A stretch of 64,000 nt of DNA from Actinomycetota bacterium. Lineage in GTDB: Bacteria; Actinomycetota; Humimicrobiia; Humimicrobiales; Humimicrobiaceae. Below, piece by piece: positions 39,903 to 50,446 of this stretch (the stretch's first letter is position 1; the number at the start of each line of letters is the position of its first letter). A program made the position numbers and the translations under genes. Location: positions 8,108 to 72,107 of the forward strand of contig JAQVDY010000005.1 of assembly GCA_028698215.1 (NCBI GenBank), read 5' to 3'. The notes under the pieces were generated by a model, which saw only the letters and a list, made by a program, of their open reading frames with translations, made no database searches and had not been told where the DNA came from.

Positions 39903-42286
39903 ATTTGGGTTATAATACCATCTTTTTCAAACAGGCTAATAAAAACTGCAACTATTTCAGGGTCAAATTGGGTGCCGGAACACATCTTTATTTCCTCTAA
40001 TGCTTCCTTAAAACCTAGGGCTTTGCGGTACGGCCGGTCATTGGTCATAGCATCAAAAGTGTCTACTATAGATATAATACGGGAAAGTAATGGTATTTGT
40101 ACCCCTTTTAAGCCTCTGGGATACCCGCTTCCATCCCAGTTTTCATGATGGCATAGTATAGCTTCAGCAATAATATTAAGCTCAGGGCTCTGGCTGGCAA
40201 TGCGGTACCCTATCTCAGGGTGTTTCTTTATAATATCCCACTCTTTAAGGGACAATTTATCCGGTTTTAATATTATATGATCAGCAATAGCTATCTTCCC
40301 AATATCATGAAGGGTGGCCAGCAGGCTTAGTTCATCTAAGCTTGAATCAGCCAGTCCCAGGCACCGGCCTGTCTCCCTGGCCAGCCTTTTCATTCTTTGC
40401 ATATGCTCTTCAGTTTCATAATCCCTCTCTTCCAGGGCTTTTTCCAGGGAAGAAATCATCCTGCTCCGGGCGCTTTTAGTCTCAACTAACTTATGCCTAT
40501 ACATCTGGTCTTCGGCTTCTTTGATGAGAGTTTTTAAATCAGTAGGGGCTAATTGTTTGCAGGCACACCCTAAAGATATGCTTAAGGTAAGTCGTTTTTC
40601 GCTTTCCTGGTCGCATCTTTGTTTTATTCTTTCTATTACCTTTTGGGCATCTTCTTTAGAAGTATTTGGCAATATGGCTATAAATTCATCTCCTCCCCAA
40701 CGAGCTACAATATCTTCTTTTCTAAAGCAATATTTTAGTATTCTGGCAATTTTACACAGCAACCGGTCCCCATGACTGTGCCCAAAAGTATCATTGATAA
40801 GCTTAAGGCCATTAACGTCACCAATAATGATGCTTAGGGGGAGCATTCTCCCGGTATCCAGCCTTTTTAATTCTTCTTCAAAAAAGTACCGGTTATAAAG
40901 GCCGGTTAAGCTGTCATGGAAGCTTAAGTACTTAATCTTTTTTTCTGCCAGCTTCCTATTATTTATATCTCTTACTATACCCTCAAAATAGGTATGGCCA
41001 TCCTTACCCTGCACCGACCAGATGCTGGCTTCTACCCATATTGGATTTCCGTCTTTAGTAATAAATTGAAATTCTTGCCTATGGTTATCCAAAGATTCAG
41101 ATTTTAAATTTTGGCTAATGTTTATCAACGGTAATTCTTGCTTGCTGCTGCAGTTAAAAATATTCAGCATGGACTGGTTTACTTCTATATAATTACCATC
41201 CATATCTACCCTGAAAATGCCATCCAGGGAATTTTTAAAAATAGATTTATATCTTTCTTCAGCCAGTCTTTGTTCCGTGACATCATTAAATATTAAGACT
41301 TTGCCTACAATATTTTGGTCTATATCCATAAAGGGATTAATGCTCAAGGAAAAAATGCCGGGCGTATTAGGAAGGGCAACACTATCAATAATTTCAAACC
41401 CGCTGGATACCCTGGTTCTTATTTCTGTCCACCCAGGCCAGATTTCCGGCAGTGTTTTACCTAAAGGATTACCTGAGTCGAAACCTTTTAAGGCCAGCTG
41501 GTTAGCATAGGCAATACGGTCATTTTTATCTATAGTTATTACCATATCCTGGTTATTTTCCAAATCAGGGTCTAGGCTCATAGGTATGAAATTCCCGATT
41601 TTTAACCTAACAAAACCATAAAGAAGGACAGCGCTGCCTAAAATTAAGCCCAAAGGAGTAAGTTTTAAGTCAAAACGGTTAAAGAGAGTAAAAATATCCA
41701 GCAAGCTAAATAAGGCAGGAAAGGTTAAGGCAGCAATTAAAATTATTGCATTGCCTCGAAATACTTTTTGCTTGGCTGTCAGCAGTTTGGCCAGCATAAT
41801 TAAACCTGTTAAAGTAAGTAAACCGCAATATGATACCCATACCCAGAACCAAATACCGTAATTGAAGTCAATATAGGTCAGTATTCCAATATGGTTAAAA
41901 GAAATACCGGTCCAAACCAAACCATGGTAATGATTGGTAAATACCAATAATAGAGTGGCAGCTGGAACCAAACCTAGCAGCATTATTTTTTTTATATTAA
42001 GCCATTGTGAATACCCGGTATAACATAACAGTAATAAAAAAAAGCTTAAAGGCAAAGATGTAATACCCGCATATTTTGTCATATAAAACCATAACTTTAT
42101 ATTCTCTGACAAGGTGAGCAATTCAAAATAATGGCTCAATATCCAAATAAAACTTCCAAGAAAGACAGCTATGCCAAATTTATAGCCGTAAATATTTTTG
42201 AACCTGTAAAGAAAAAATATTCCGCCCAATGTAATCATTAATCCAAACATTAAGGCAGAAATATAGGCAGTAATTGCTGGGCTCAT
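39899..42286 (-). CDS. Membrane sensor, GGDEF diguanylate cyclase plus HD-GYP phosphodiesterase (with PAS)
   Basis: N-terminal multi-TM sensor region (about 7 TM), a PAS-like segment, RWGGDEF, then an HD-GYP domain (LHDIGK ... HHENWDGSGYP). Confidence 0.8.
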   Translation of the reverse strand: MSPAITAYISALMFGLMITLGGIFFLYRFKNIYGYKFGIAVFLGSFIWILSHYFELLTLSENIKLWFYMTKYAGITSLPLSFFLLLLCYTGYSQWLNIKKIMLLGLVPAATLLLVFTNHYHGLVWTGISFNHIGILTYIDFNYGIWFWVWVSYCGLLTLTGLIMLAKLLTAKQKVFRGNAIILIAALTFPALFSLLDIFTLFNRFDLKLTPLGLILGSAVLLYGFVRLKIGNFIPMSLDPDLENNQDMVITIDKNDRIAYANQLALKGFDSGNPLGKTLPEIWPGWTEIRTRVSSGFEIIDSVALPNTPGIFSLSINPFMDIDQNIVGKVLIFNDVTEQRLAEERYKSIFKNSLDGIFRVDMDGNYIEVNQSMLNIFNCSSKQELPLINISQNLKSESLDNHRQEFQFITKDGNPIWVEASIWSVQGKDGHTYFEGIVRDINNRKLAEKKIKYLSFHDSLTGLYNRYFFEEELKRLDTGRMLPLSIIIGDVNGLKLINDTFGHSHGDRLLCKIARILKYCFRKEDIVARWGGDEFIAILPNTSKEDAQKVIERIKQRCDQESEKRLTLSISLGCACKQLAPTDLKTLIKEAEDQMYRHKLVETKSARSRMISSLEKALEERDYETEEHMQRMKRLARETGRCLGLADSSLDELSLLATLHDIGKIAIADHIILKPDKLSLKEWDIIKKHPEIGYRIASQSPELNIIAEAILCHHENWDGSGYPRGLKGVQIPLLSRIISIVDTFDAMTNDRPYRKALGFKEALEEIKMCSGTQFDPEIVAVFISLFEKDGIITQI

Positions 42287-42504
42287 TGTTGGAAAATATA
42301 TATATAATAATTCACAATATAATTATAAATTATTATATAAATAAATCAATAATATTTCTTATATATTATTGATTATAAAATAGTTTATTATTTTAGCTAT
42401 TATATTTATTTATAAAAAAGATAAAAGTAAAGGCTTAGATTAAAAAACATATAAAGACATTTATACCTAAGTTCAGCCTGCTCTTATACTTACACAGAAG
42501 CTAT

Positions 42505-43068
42505 TTATTTTAATATTTGATAAATCAAATAAACTATAATAGCTACCAGTATAAGGCCCAGGATTATTAAGCAGCCAGGGCTTTTAAGCATAGGGCCCCA
42601 GGCATCCTGGATATTGGGAGAAGTGCCGGGCACAGTGGCAGCAGGTTTAAAATCCTGATTAAGCTTGTAACCGCAATAAGGGCATAGATTGTAATCATCC
42701 TTGATAGGCTCATGGCAGTCAGGGCAGAACTCTTTACCTAATTTTTGGACAAATTCGATAGAAGATTCTATCTCCTTCTGGCCTAAGCTAAAATTATCCC
42801 TTAATTTTTTTAATAATTTTTCTTCTTTATCAGTGATCTGCCCTTCTTTCGTAAACTGCAAATAGGTTTTAGCATAGAGTTCCAGGATACTGTCCTTGTC
42901 AAATTTTTTCAGTATTTCTATTTCTTCAGGAGTAAGGTCTTTATACACCAATATATCGTCTTCAATTTTATCAAATCTCTTATCCAGCATTTCATCACAT
43001 TGTTCACAATAAGGCGATTCTGCATTTTCCGGCAGTTCCTGGCCGCATTCTTTACATTTATTAACCAC
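42505..43068 (-). CDS. Double zinc-ribbon protein with C-terminal TM anchor (hypothetical)
   Basis: CKECGQ...CEQCD and CPDCHE...CPYCG ribbons separated by a charged helical region. C-terminal TM LIILGLILVAIIVYLIY. Confidence 0.4.
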   Translation of the reverse strand: MVNKCKECGQELPENAESPYCEQCDEMLDKRFDKIEDDILVYKDLTPEEIEILKKFDKDSILELYAKTYLQFTKEGQITDKEEKLLKKLRDNFSLGQKEIESSIEFVQKLGKEFCPDCHEPIKDDYNLCPYCGYKLNQDFKPAATVPGTSPNIQDAWGPMLKSPGCLIILGLILVAIIVYLIYQILK

Positions 43069-43139
43069 GGTTGCTCTCCTGTCTAATGGTAAAATGTTTT
43101 AATCTGGTAAATTTTAAACCAGTATATCAATTACAAAGT

Positions 43140-45395
43140 TTAAAATAAACTACTAATATGTTCCAGGATGACAACTGCTGCCTGCTTATCTAATGGCTGG
43201 TTATCATTTCCGCACTTAGGGGAATAAACGCAAGCTGGGCATCCCTGGCTGCAGCTGCAATCCCTTACCAGTTCATAAGCCATACCAGACCATGAACCAA
43301 AAACATAAAAACCTTTTTCCGACAAGCCTATTCCTCCCGGATAAGCGTCATATATAAATATAGCTGGCTGTCTTTCGGGGGGATAATAAGTATAGGAAAC
43401 CCCGCCTATATCCCAGCGGTCGCACATAACCAGAAGAGGCATTATGGATATCATGCTATGTTCTGTACCATGGATTCCTCCCCCGAAATCTAATCCCATA
43501 TGGTCTAATTTTTTTCTTAAGTGGTCCGGTAGATTAAACCAAAGCCCTAATGTATCGAATTCCACAGGAGGAAGATTTAGCTTCGGGGTGGCCAATGTTC
43601 GATCGTCTTTTATAATTTTATAGGCATGATAAGTCTCTTTAACCGATATCCTGCCATAATTAATTTCAACCAGCCCCAGGTTTTGCTGGCTGATGCTATT
43701 TATAATATTTATTTCAGTGGTTTTTAAGGGGCGGGTATAATAATCTACTGGTTGTGACTTTATTTCTATTATAAATTGCTCCATATCAAAATTATTGACT
43801 ATGTAGGTTTCACCCTGATGCACCATTACTGCCCCTGGATGAGCTTCACCATAGGCCTGGGATAGGCTCATGGTTTCAATTACCTTTCCCTCATTTAGGA
43901 TATTGAAAGAGGGCTGGCCTAAATTTTGCAGGTCAACTATATGGCTGGGGGGCTTTTTCCCGCTGTATATCCAGCCATGGACAGTATCTTTTAATAAACC
44001 GCTATGCCCGTAATCCTGAAGGTATGGTTTAAGTTTAAACCCAAAATGCTGCTCATCTTTATCCTTTAAGGGCAGTTCTGCTGATGCGCAAAGCAGCTGA
44101 CCGGCATTGATATAGGTATTGGCCAGGTCAATTACAGCATGCTCGGGAGAGCTTTTGAAAATATAGTCAGGATGGCCGGCCAGGTATTGGTCCAGGGGAT
44201 TATTAAACATAACCATAACTACCAGCGAAGGATCGCTTCTCCTCCCTGCCCTTCCCGCCTGTTGCCAGGTAGAAATAATAGTACCTGGAAAACCTGAAAT
44301 GATTACCGCATCCAGGTTACCGATGTCTATACCTACCTCCAGGGCATTGGTAGACACCACTCCTAATAGGCTTCCATCCTTAATGGATGATTCAATGTCT
44401 CTTCTCTGCTCAGGCATATACCCAGCCTTATAGGATGAAATCCTAAGCCCCAGCTGGCTGCCGCTTTCCTTTAATTTATCCTTGGCCCATTTGGCAATCA
44501 ATTCTGCCATTTTCCGGGAAGAGGTAAAACATAGTACCTGTAGGCCTTGGCGAACCAAATACATCAAAAGATCTACTGTTTCCTGGTGGGTGGACATAAT
44601 ATCCTGGTAAGCTGTGAATGGATTATAAAGAAAGAAATATTTATCCCCGTGAGGGGAGCCGTCTTCTTCCACCAGCTCAAATTCCCTGCCAGTGAGTTTC
44701 GTGCTGAATTCAACCGGATTGGCCAAAGTAGCAGTAGATACAACAAACTGTGGTTTAGCCCCGTAATAATCTAAAATTCGGTTAATCCTTCTGATAAGCA
44801 GGGCAATATGGGATCCGAATACACCCCGGTACTGGTGAGCTTCATCTAGTATTATAAAGCTTAAGTTCTTAAAGAACCTTTCCCACTTCCAATGCTGGTT
44901 TAAACTATGGTGCATTTGGTAAGGATTACTTAAAATAATCCTGGATCTGGAAAGTATAAGGGATTTTTTGCTCCCGTTGGTATCTCCATCATAAATACTG
45001 GCGGACAGGTCTATGCCGGAGTCCTTCTCCAATTCCAAAATTGTCTTTAGCTGGTCATTGGCTAATGCTTTAGTGGGATAAAGGTAGAGTGCTGTGGCCT
45101 GAGGATCATTTTTTAATTTTTCTATCACCGGCAAATTGAAAGCCAGGGTTTTTCCGGAAGCAGTAGCAGTGGTAATTAGAAGGTTCCTGCCTTGCTGCAG
45201 GATAGTTACCGCCTGGCATTGATGGGTATATAACCTTAAGCCTTTAGCTTTCAGATAATGTTTAATCCAGGAAGATTCAACATTTATATTGCCATATCGG
45301 GGAGGCTGGCAGGGCAATATTTTCTGGTATACTATCCTGGAGCCAAAACGACCAGAATTACCTAGCTTTTCTACAATATCTATGAGCTTTTCCAT
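43140..45395 (-). CDS. DEAD/DEAH-box helicase with C-terminal DUF1998 zinc domain (MrfA/YprA-like)
   Basis: Helicase motifs TATASGKT (I), DEAH (II), SAT (III), QQAGRAGR (VI). The C-terminus carries CSCSQGCPACVYSPKCGN, a 4-Cys cluster typical of DUF1998. Confidence 0.75.
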   Translation of the reverse strand: MEKLIDIVEKLGNSGRFGSRIVYQKILPCQPPRYGNINVESSWIKHYLKAKGLRLYTHQCQAVTILQQGRNLLITTATASGKTLAFNLPVIEKLKNDPQATALYLYPTKALANDQLKTILELEKDSGIDLSASIYDGDTNGSKKSLILSRSRIILSNPYQMHHSLNQHWKWERFFKNLSFIILDEAHQYRGVFGSHIALLIRRINRILDYYGAKPQFVVSTATLANPVEFSTKLTGREFELVEEDGSPHGDKYFFLYNPFTAYQDIMSTHQETVDLLMYLVRQGLQVLCFTSSRKMAELIAKWAKDKLKESGSQLGLRISSYKAGYMPEQRRDIESSIKDGSLLGVVSTNALEVGIDIGNLDAVIISGFPGTIISTWQQAGRAGRRSDPSLVVMVMFNNPLDQYLAGHPDYIFKSSPEHAVIDLANTYINAGQLLCASAELPLKDKDEQHFGFKLKPYLQDYGHSGLLKDTVHGWIYSGKKPPSHIVDLQNLGQPSFNILNEGKVIETMSLSQAYGEAHPGAVMVHQGETYIVNNFDMEQFIIEIKSQPVDYYTRPLKTTEINIINSISQQNLGLVEINYGRISVKETYHAYKIIKDDRTLATPKLNLPPVEFDTLGLWFNLPDHLRKKLDHMGLDFGGGIHGTEHSMISIMPLLVMCDRWDIGGVSYTYYPPERQPAIFIYDAYPGGIGLSEKGFYVFGSWSGMAYELVRDCSCSQGCPACVYSPKCGNDNQPLDKQAAVVILEHISSLF

Positions 45396-46453
45396 TTTTG
45401 TTGCAATAAGGAGAATAATTTACCTAAAGAAAAAATATCCTGCTGGTTATGCCTTATTACTGGAATAAGGGTGCCAATATTGCCGGTTTGGATATAGCGC
45501 TGGTAAAACTGAGGGACCATAAATCCCGGTAAATCTTGATCCCTGCCTATACCCAGTATATTTTGCTCCAGTGAGCTTAATCTAAAACTATCTAACTTGT
45601 GTTTCCAAAAACCACGGCATAGCGGCAACAGGTCCAAATGAATTCTATCCAGGTCATGGTTCAAGCCATAGTAGCAAAGCCGCTGCCTAATCATTGGTAT
45701 ATCAAACATGCGTCCATTAAAAGTGATAAATGCCGTATGTGAAGATATATGGTGTTTAAGCAGGTACAGTACTGCAGCTTCTTCTTCCAGGCCCCTGGCC
45801 AGGTATTGCTTCACGGTAATAGAGCCTTTTTTAATCTTACCTACACCTATTAAAATAATAGGCATGTTATATAAGCCCATAGTTTCTATATCCAATAGCA
45901 GAAAATCCTTTAAATCTATAAATGAAGAAAGAAGAAGATGATGGGGGTGGGAACAAGAATACCATCGGGAAATCAGGCTACTAAGCTTTTCTAGTTCTTT
46001 TTTTTGCATAGAATCAATGAACTGCCTGGCTTGATGCCCGAACCTGGGATGGGAAGCCAAATCTTCCATGCTCCGGTAACCTTCTTTTTTTAGCTGGGAT
46101 TCAGTTATAGAACCAATGCCATAGATAAGTTTTAAATCTTTTCCCAGAAAATCTCCTGCCTGACCAGCAGCCAATCTATGTAAATCCATGGATTTAGACT
46201 CAGTTACTAAAAAACAGTTTCCTTTGCTAGTTCTAATCTGGTTTCCCTTTAAAACATCACTAATTTGTTGGCCCTGGTGCTTTTGGGTCAGGTATTTAGC
46301 CTGCTTTTGCATAAACTCCCATATATCCTGCTGGTTTTGGGCTGCTTTGCTCAGCCGGTCAATATAACGGGTCCTTCCCGATATGAGGGCTCCACAGCTA
46401 TGACAGTAATTTTGAATAATATCTATTTTAATACCACAACCAGGGCAGTACAT
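45380..46453 (-). CDS. RNase-H-like 3'-5' exonuclease with N-terminal zinc ribbon (MrfB/YprB-like)
   Basis: N-terminal CPGCG...CHSCG. Exo motif I LLLDIETMGL. Overlaps the helicase gene by 16 nt. Confidence 0.55.
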   Translation of the reverse strand: MYCPGCGIKIDIIQNYCHSCGALISGRTRYIDRLSKAAQNQQDIWEFMQKQAKYLTQKHQGQQISDVLKGNQIRTSKGNCFLVTESKSMDLHRLAAGQAGDFLGKDLKLIYGIGSITESQLKKEGYRSMEDLASHPRFGHQARQFIDSMQKKELEKLSSLISRWYSCSHPHHLLLSSFIDLKDFLLLDIETMGLYNMPIILIGVGKIKKGSITVKQYLARGLEEEAAVLYLLKHHISSHTAFITFNGRMFDIPMIRQRLCYYGLNHDLDRIHLDLLPLCRGFWKHKLDSFRLSSLEQNILGIGRDQDLPGFMVPQFYQRYIQTGNIGTLIPVIRHNQQDIFSLGKLFSLLQQKWKSS

Positions 46454-46561
46454 TAAATCCTTCCCTAAAAAATAAGGTAAACTTTATTAAAAAACACTTT
46501 TTTATCCGATAGTATAAAAAAAGATACTATTATAAATCAATGAACCATGATAGTCCCTTAA

Positions 46562-48394
46562 CTATTCCACAATTTTCTTAACCTGGTCCACTATGGCTTG
46601 GCTAGAGATACCTTCAAAATCCATAAGTTGTTCAGGGTTGCCGCTTTTTGGCATTTTTTCTACAGCCATTAGGTAGATGGGGACGTCATGCTGGCTTAAG
46701 GCGCTTAGAACAGCCTCTCCCAAGCCACCCTCCCGATAGTGGTCTTCCACTGTAATTATGGCTTTGGTTTCTTGTTGCGCTTTCAGTAAGGCCGGGTAGT
46801 CCACTGGCTTTATGCTATAGACATCTACTATTCTTATGGCAATACCCTCTTTTTTTAAACTGTAATAGGCTTTTACAGCTTGATGCAGGGTTATTCCAGC
46901 GGCACATACCGTAACCTGGTCCTGGGGGCTGCTTTTAACGGTCTGGCTGCCGCCAATTATAAAATCTGTATCCTGGTCATAAATTATGGGAGTATCCATT
47001 CTGGTGGTCCTAATATATACATTACCTTTATGCCTGGCTGCCTGCTCTATTAGTTTTACGGTAGACACGGCATCGCTAGGATAAAGCACCACACCTTCTA
47101 GATTAGTCCTAAACATGGCAATATCCTCCAGTCCCATTTGTGAAGGACCGTCTTCCCCGATGGATACCCCAGCATGTGAACCTATAAATTTAATATTGGA
47201 ATTAGAATACTGGCTCATTCTTATCTGGTCAAAAGCGCGGGTAAGAAAAGCCGCAAAGGATGATACAAATGGAATTTTGCCCCTCAAGCTTAATCCCAAA
47301 GCCACCCCTACCATATTTTGTTCCGCAATAAACATTTCAAAATAATGGTTAGGATAATGATTTTTAAAAGTTTCGGAATAAGTAGAGTTGCTCACTTCTC
47401 CATCCAGAGCTACTATATGGGGAAACCGGTGAAATATATTAACTAATCCTATGCCATATGCTTTCCTGGTAGCCATTTTATTTTGGTCCAAAGCGATAAC
47501 AGGCACATTATTTTTGTTGGCTTGATAGGGTTGGAGGTCTTCAGGCTGGTTAAGCTCTGCAGTGATCTTATATTTAATTTCACCCAGCTCCGACAGTGCT
47601 TCCCTTAATTGTTTTTCATTTAAGGCCTTGCCGTGCCAACCCAATTTATCGGCCAAAAAACTAATACCCTTACCTTTTGAGGTTTTGGCAATAATCATTA
47701 CCGGCTTGTCTTTGGCATCTATTGCCGCATTATAGGCGCCTAAAACTTCTTCCAGGTTATGCCCGTTAATTTGTATGGTTTGCCACCCAAACGAAGTTAG
47801 CAAATCAGTATAAGCCTGAGTTTGATGGCCATGCATGGTCCATCCGCTTTGGCCCAGCCCGTTAACGTCAATAATACCGACCAAATTATCCAAATGGTAA
47901 TGGCTGGCCAGCTGAACTGCTTCCCAAATGCTGCCTTCCGCCATTTCACTGTCTCCCAACAACACAAAAGTCTTATAAGGGAGCATATCCAGGTATTTAG
48001 CATTTAAAGCCATACCTACCCCTATGCTTAAGCCCTGGCCCAGGGAGCCGGTAGCTGCTTCCCCATATTTAAAGGATTTAGTGGGATGGCCTTCCAGGTT
48101 ACTTTCAAATTGCCTTAATTGCCACAACTGTTCTTCTTTTATTGCTCCAGCCACCGTCCACAGGGCATAAAGTAAAGGACTGGCATGGCCTTTGGAAAAA
48201 ATGAGACGGTCATTATTAGCAAAATCAGGATCCTGTACCCTGTATTTGAAAAAACCTCCAAACATTAGGCCGGCAGTAAGCTCAACTGCGGACAAGGAAG
48301 AGGTGGGGTGGCCAGAACCAGCTAGGGTGGTTGATTTTAAAATATAATACCTGATTAGTTTACATATCTCCTGTAATTTATCCATATTATTCAT
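46562..48394 (-). CDS. tkt: Transketolase (fused N/C)
   Basis: TPP motif GDSEMAEG/GSGHPTSS, GHPTKSF, and a C-terminal pyrimidine-binding domain. Start trimmed to ATG 48394 (MNNMDKLQ), which has SD GGGGAGGAG 7 nt upstream. The tool's TTG extension is unsupported. Confidence 0.9.
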   Translation of the reverse strand: MNNMDKLQEICKLIRYYILKSTTLAGSGHPTSSLSAVELTAGLMFGGFFKYRVQDPDFANNDRLIFSKGHASPLLYALWTVAGAIKEEQLWQLRQFESNLEGHPTKSFKYGEAATGSLGQGLSIGVGMALNAKYLDMLPYKTFVLLGDSEMAEGSIWEAVQLASHYHLDNLVGIIDVNGLGQSGWTMHGHQTQAYTDLLTSFGWQTIQINGHNLEEVLGAYNAAIDAKDKPVMIIAKTSKGKGISFLADKLGWHGKALNEKQLREALSELGEIKYKITAELNQPEDLQPYQANKNNVPVIALDQNKMATRKAYGIGLVNIFHRFPHIVALDGEVSNSTYSETFKNHYPNHYFEMFIAEQNMVGVALGLSLRGKIPFVSSFAAFLTRAFDQIRMSQYSNSNIKFIGSHAGVSIGEDGPSQMGLEDIAMFRTNLEGVVLYPSDAVSTVKLIEQAARHKGNVYIRTTRMDTPIIYDQDTDFIIGGSQTVKSSPQDQVTVCAAGITLHQAVKAYYSLKKEGIAIRIVDVYSIKPVDYPALLKAQQETKAIITVEDHYREGGLGEAVLSALSQHDVPIYLMAVEKMPKSGNPEQLMDFEGISSQAIVDQVKKIVE

Positions 48395-48530
48395 TTTTAT
48401 TCTCCTCCCCGGAGGTGTATTGATGTTCCCCAAACATATATCTTAAGGCAGATAATACCTTTTTATTAATCATAGGGTTGCTGCTGCAATACCATCTTGC
48501 CCAAGCCTATAAAACTCAGCTTTTTCATGA

Positions 48531-49322
48531 TTAGTTTTTTAATATATATTGATAAATAGCCTTCCCCACTCCGCCTTCTAGATTGCTCCCTGTAATAATA
48601 TCTGCAGATTCAGCCAGGTTTTGATGAGCATTGCTAACAGCAATTTTTAAGCCTGCCTGCTCAAACATACTAAGATCGTTAATATTATCTCCAAAAACAG
48701 CTACTTCCTGCCGGTTCAACCCTAAACCATCAATAATGCTTTTAAGTGCCCTACCTTTGGAAACTTGTGCTGGTAATATAGTGACAAAGGTTTTCCAAGG
48801 TCTGTTAATCTTTACAGGAGCAGCCATAAATTCTTTTTCAATAACAGGCCCAAATTGCTCATCCTGGTATAACAGGCTTATGGATATTGCATGATTTTTA
48901 AAATTATCAGTGGTCAGGCTTACAGCCTGGCTTAATTTCTCTCCAGTTTGTTTTATATATTCAACCACCTTGGTGTGGGTATCGTAATACATAATATTAT
49001 CTTCCAGGGTTACCAAGGGATGGCATCCATTGTTTTTTATAAATTCTATAATCTTTAGGTAGGTTTCTCCCTCCAGGTGGAAAGCCTTATGAACCCTTAG
49101 GCTTGAATCTATCAGGGTGGCTCCCTCGGCAGTAATCTGGGGCATAGCCAATTTTAATGGTTTGATTATGGGAAGTAGCGAATAGATTAATTTGCCTGTA
49201 GCCAATATAACTTTTATGCCTGCTTTTTTGCATTCATTAAGGGCCTCCATGTTGACCTGGGGAATACTGTATTTATCATCGATTAAGGTTCCATCCACAT
49301 CAGATACAATTAATTTAATCAT
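48531..49322 (-). CDS. HAD-IIB (Cof-type) phosphatase
   Basis: DVDGTL motif I. Cof-like cap and motif IV GDNINDLSMF. Confidence 0.75.
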   Translation of the reverse strand: MIKLIVSDVDGTLIDDKYSIPQVNMEALNECKKAGIKVILATGKLIYSLLPIIKPLKLAMPQITAEGATLIDSSLRVHKAFHLEGETYLKIIEFIKNNGCHPLVTLEDNIMYYDTHTKVVEYIKQTGEKLSQAVSLTTDNFKNHAISISLLYQDEQFGPVIEKEFMAAPVKINRPWKTFVTILPAQVSKGRALKSIIDGLGLNRQEVAVFGDNINDLSMFEQAGLKIAVSNAHQNLAESADIITGSNLEGGVGKAIYQYILKN

Positions 49323-49436
49323 GCTTTAGTCCTTTAGCTATTACCATATCAATTAAAATTTATTTTTACCAATAACTACTTTTTATTTTCTAATAATTTG
49401 TTACTATTAGAATAATATAAATAGGCAAAAATATAT

Positions 49437-50300
49437 ATGAATAAAATTGCCTTAGTAACAGACAGTTCATCAGATATACCACCGCAAATTGCCCGCCAGC
49501 TGGGGATAACTATTTTACCCATGTACATCAATGTAGAGGGCCAGGCCTATAAGGAAGGCAAAGAAATAAATAATGACAAGGTATACCAAGCCCTGGAAGA
49601 CGGCCACATCGTTCGCACCTCCGGCCCTTCTGTGGCTGATTTTTTGGAGGAATATGCCAGGTTGCTGGGCAACCAGGTAGAAAAAATCTATACCATATGC
49701 TTAAGCTCAAAACTATCCAGCACCCTTAATTCAGCCCTGGTTGCCAAAAGGAATTTTAAGGATGAGCTAATAGAGGTTATAGATTCTAAGAATACCACTA
49801 TCAGCATGGGTTTAATAGTTACTGAGATAGCCAGACTAGCCCAGGCAGGGCTGCCTGAGCCTGAGCTGAAGTCAATAATGGCCGGTTTGATTGCTGAAAC
49901 CAGTTTTTATGCCGCTATTGAGAATTTCAAATATGTGTTTAGAAGCGGCAGGACTCCTTTTTTGGGCCGATTTTTAAGCAAGGCCTTAATTTTTAAGCCA
50001 GTGGTTTCTGTAAATTTGGCGGGGAAAATATATTTGAAAAGTTTTTCTAAAAGCAAAACCAAAGCTATTATGCAATTATATAAACAGACCATGGCCAGTA
50101 TTGATAAAACGAAAAAGTGGCGGATAGGCATATTTTATGGAAACCAGATAGAACCAGCCCTAGAACTGCAGCAAAGGTTTGATCAAATTAAAACTGAAGC
50201 TAATATAGAAGAGATAATCCTATCAGAGGTTACAACGGTAATAAGTGCTCACACAGGCCCCGGTATCTGGGGTGTAGCCTATAGTCCTGTTTACTATTAA
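49437..50300 (+). CDS. DegV-family fatty-acid-binding protein
   Basis: N-terminal IALVTDSSSDIP. DegV fold and length. Confidence 0.85.
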   Translation: MNKIALVTDSSSDIPPQIARQLGITILPMYINVEGQAYKEGKEINNDKVYQALEDGHIVRTSGPSVADFLEEYARLLGNQVEKIYTICLSSKLSSTLNSALVAKRNFKDELIEVIDSKNTTISMGLIVTEIARLAQAGLPEPELKSIMAGLIAETSFYAAIENFKYVFRSGRTPFLGRFLSKALIFKPVVSVNLAGKIYLKSFSKSKTKAIMQLYKQTMASIDKTKKWRIGIFYGNQIEPALELQQRFDQIKTEANIEEIILSEVTTVISAHTGPGIWGVAYSPVYY

Positions 50301-50446
50301 TATTATTTTAAACCATATTTTTAATAAAAAATTATCCCCTTAAAAACCCACTAAAGTTTGGTTACCCTAATTTTTAAAATATTGTTTAACTATTTTAAAT
50401 ATGGTAACATTCCTCTTTAAATAATTTGTTCCACAAAGGAGTTTAC

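Noticed and set aside
42287-42504. AT-rich low-complexity intergenic region with short direct repeats (ATTATATA, AATAAAT)
   Set aside because: There is no regular repeat-spacer periodicity, so it is not a CRISPR array. It is a probable promoter region for the GGDEF/HD-GYP gene.
48395-48433. TTG-initiated N-terminal extension of transketolase (MGNINTPPGRRIK)
   Set aside because: The downstream ATG has a perfect SD (GGGGAGGAG, 7 nt) and the homologous N-terminus starts there.
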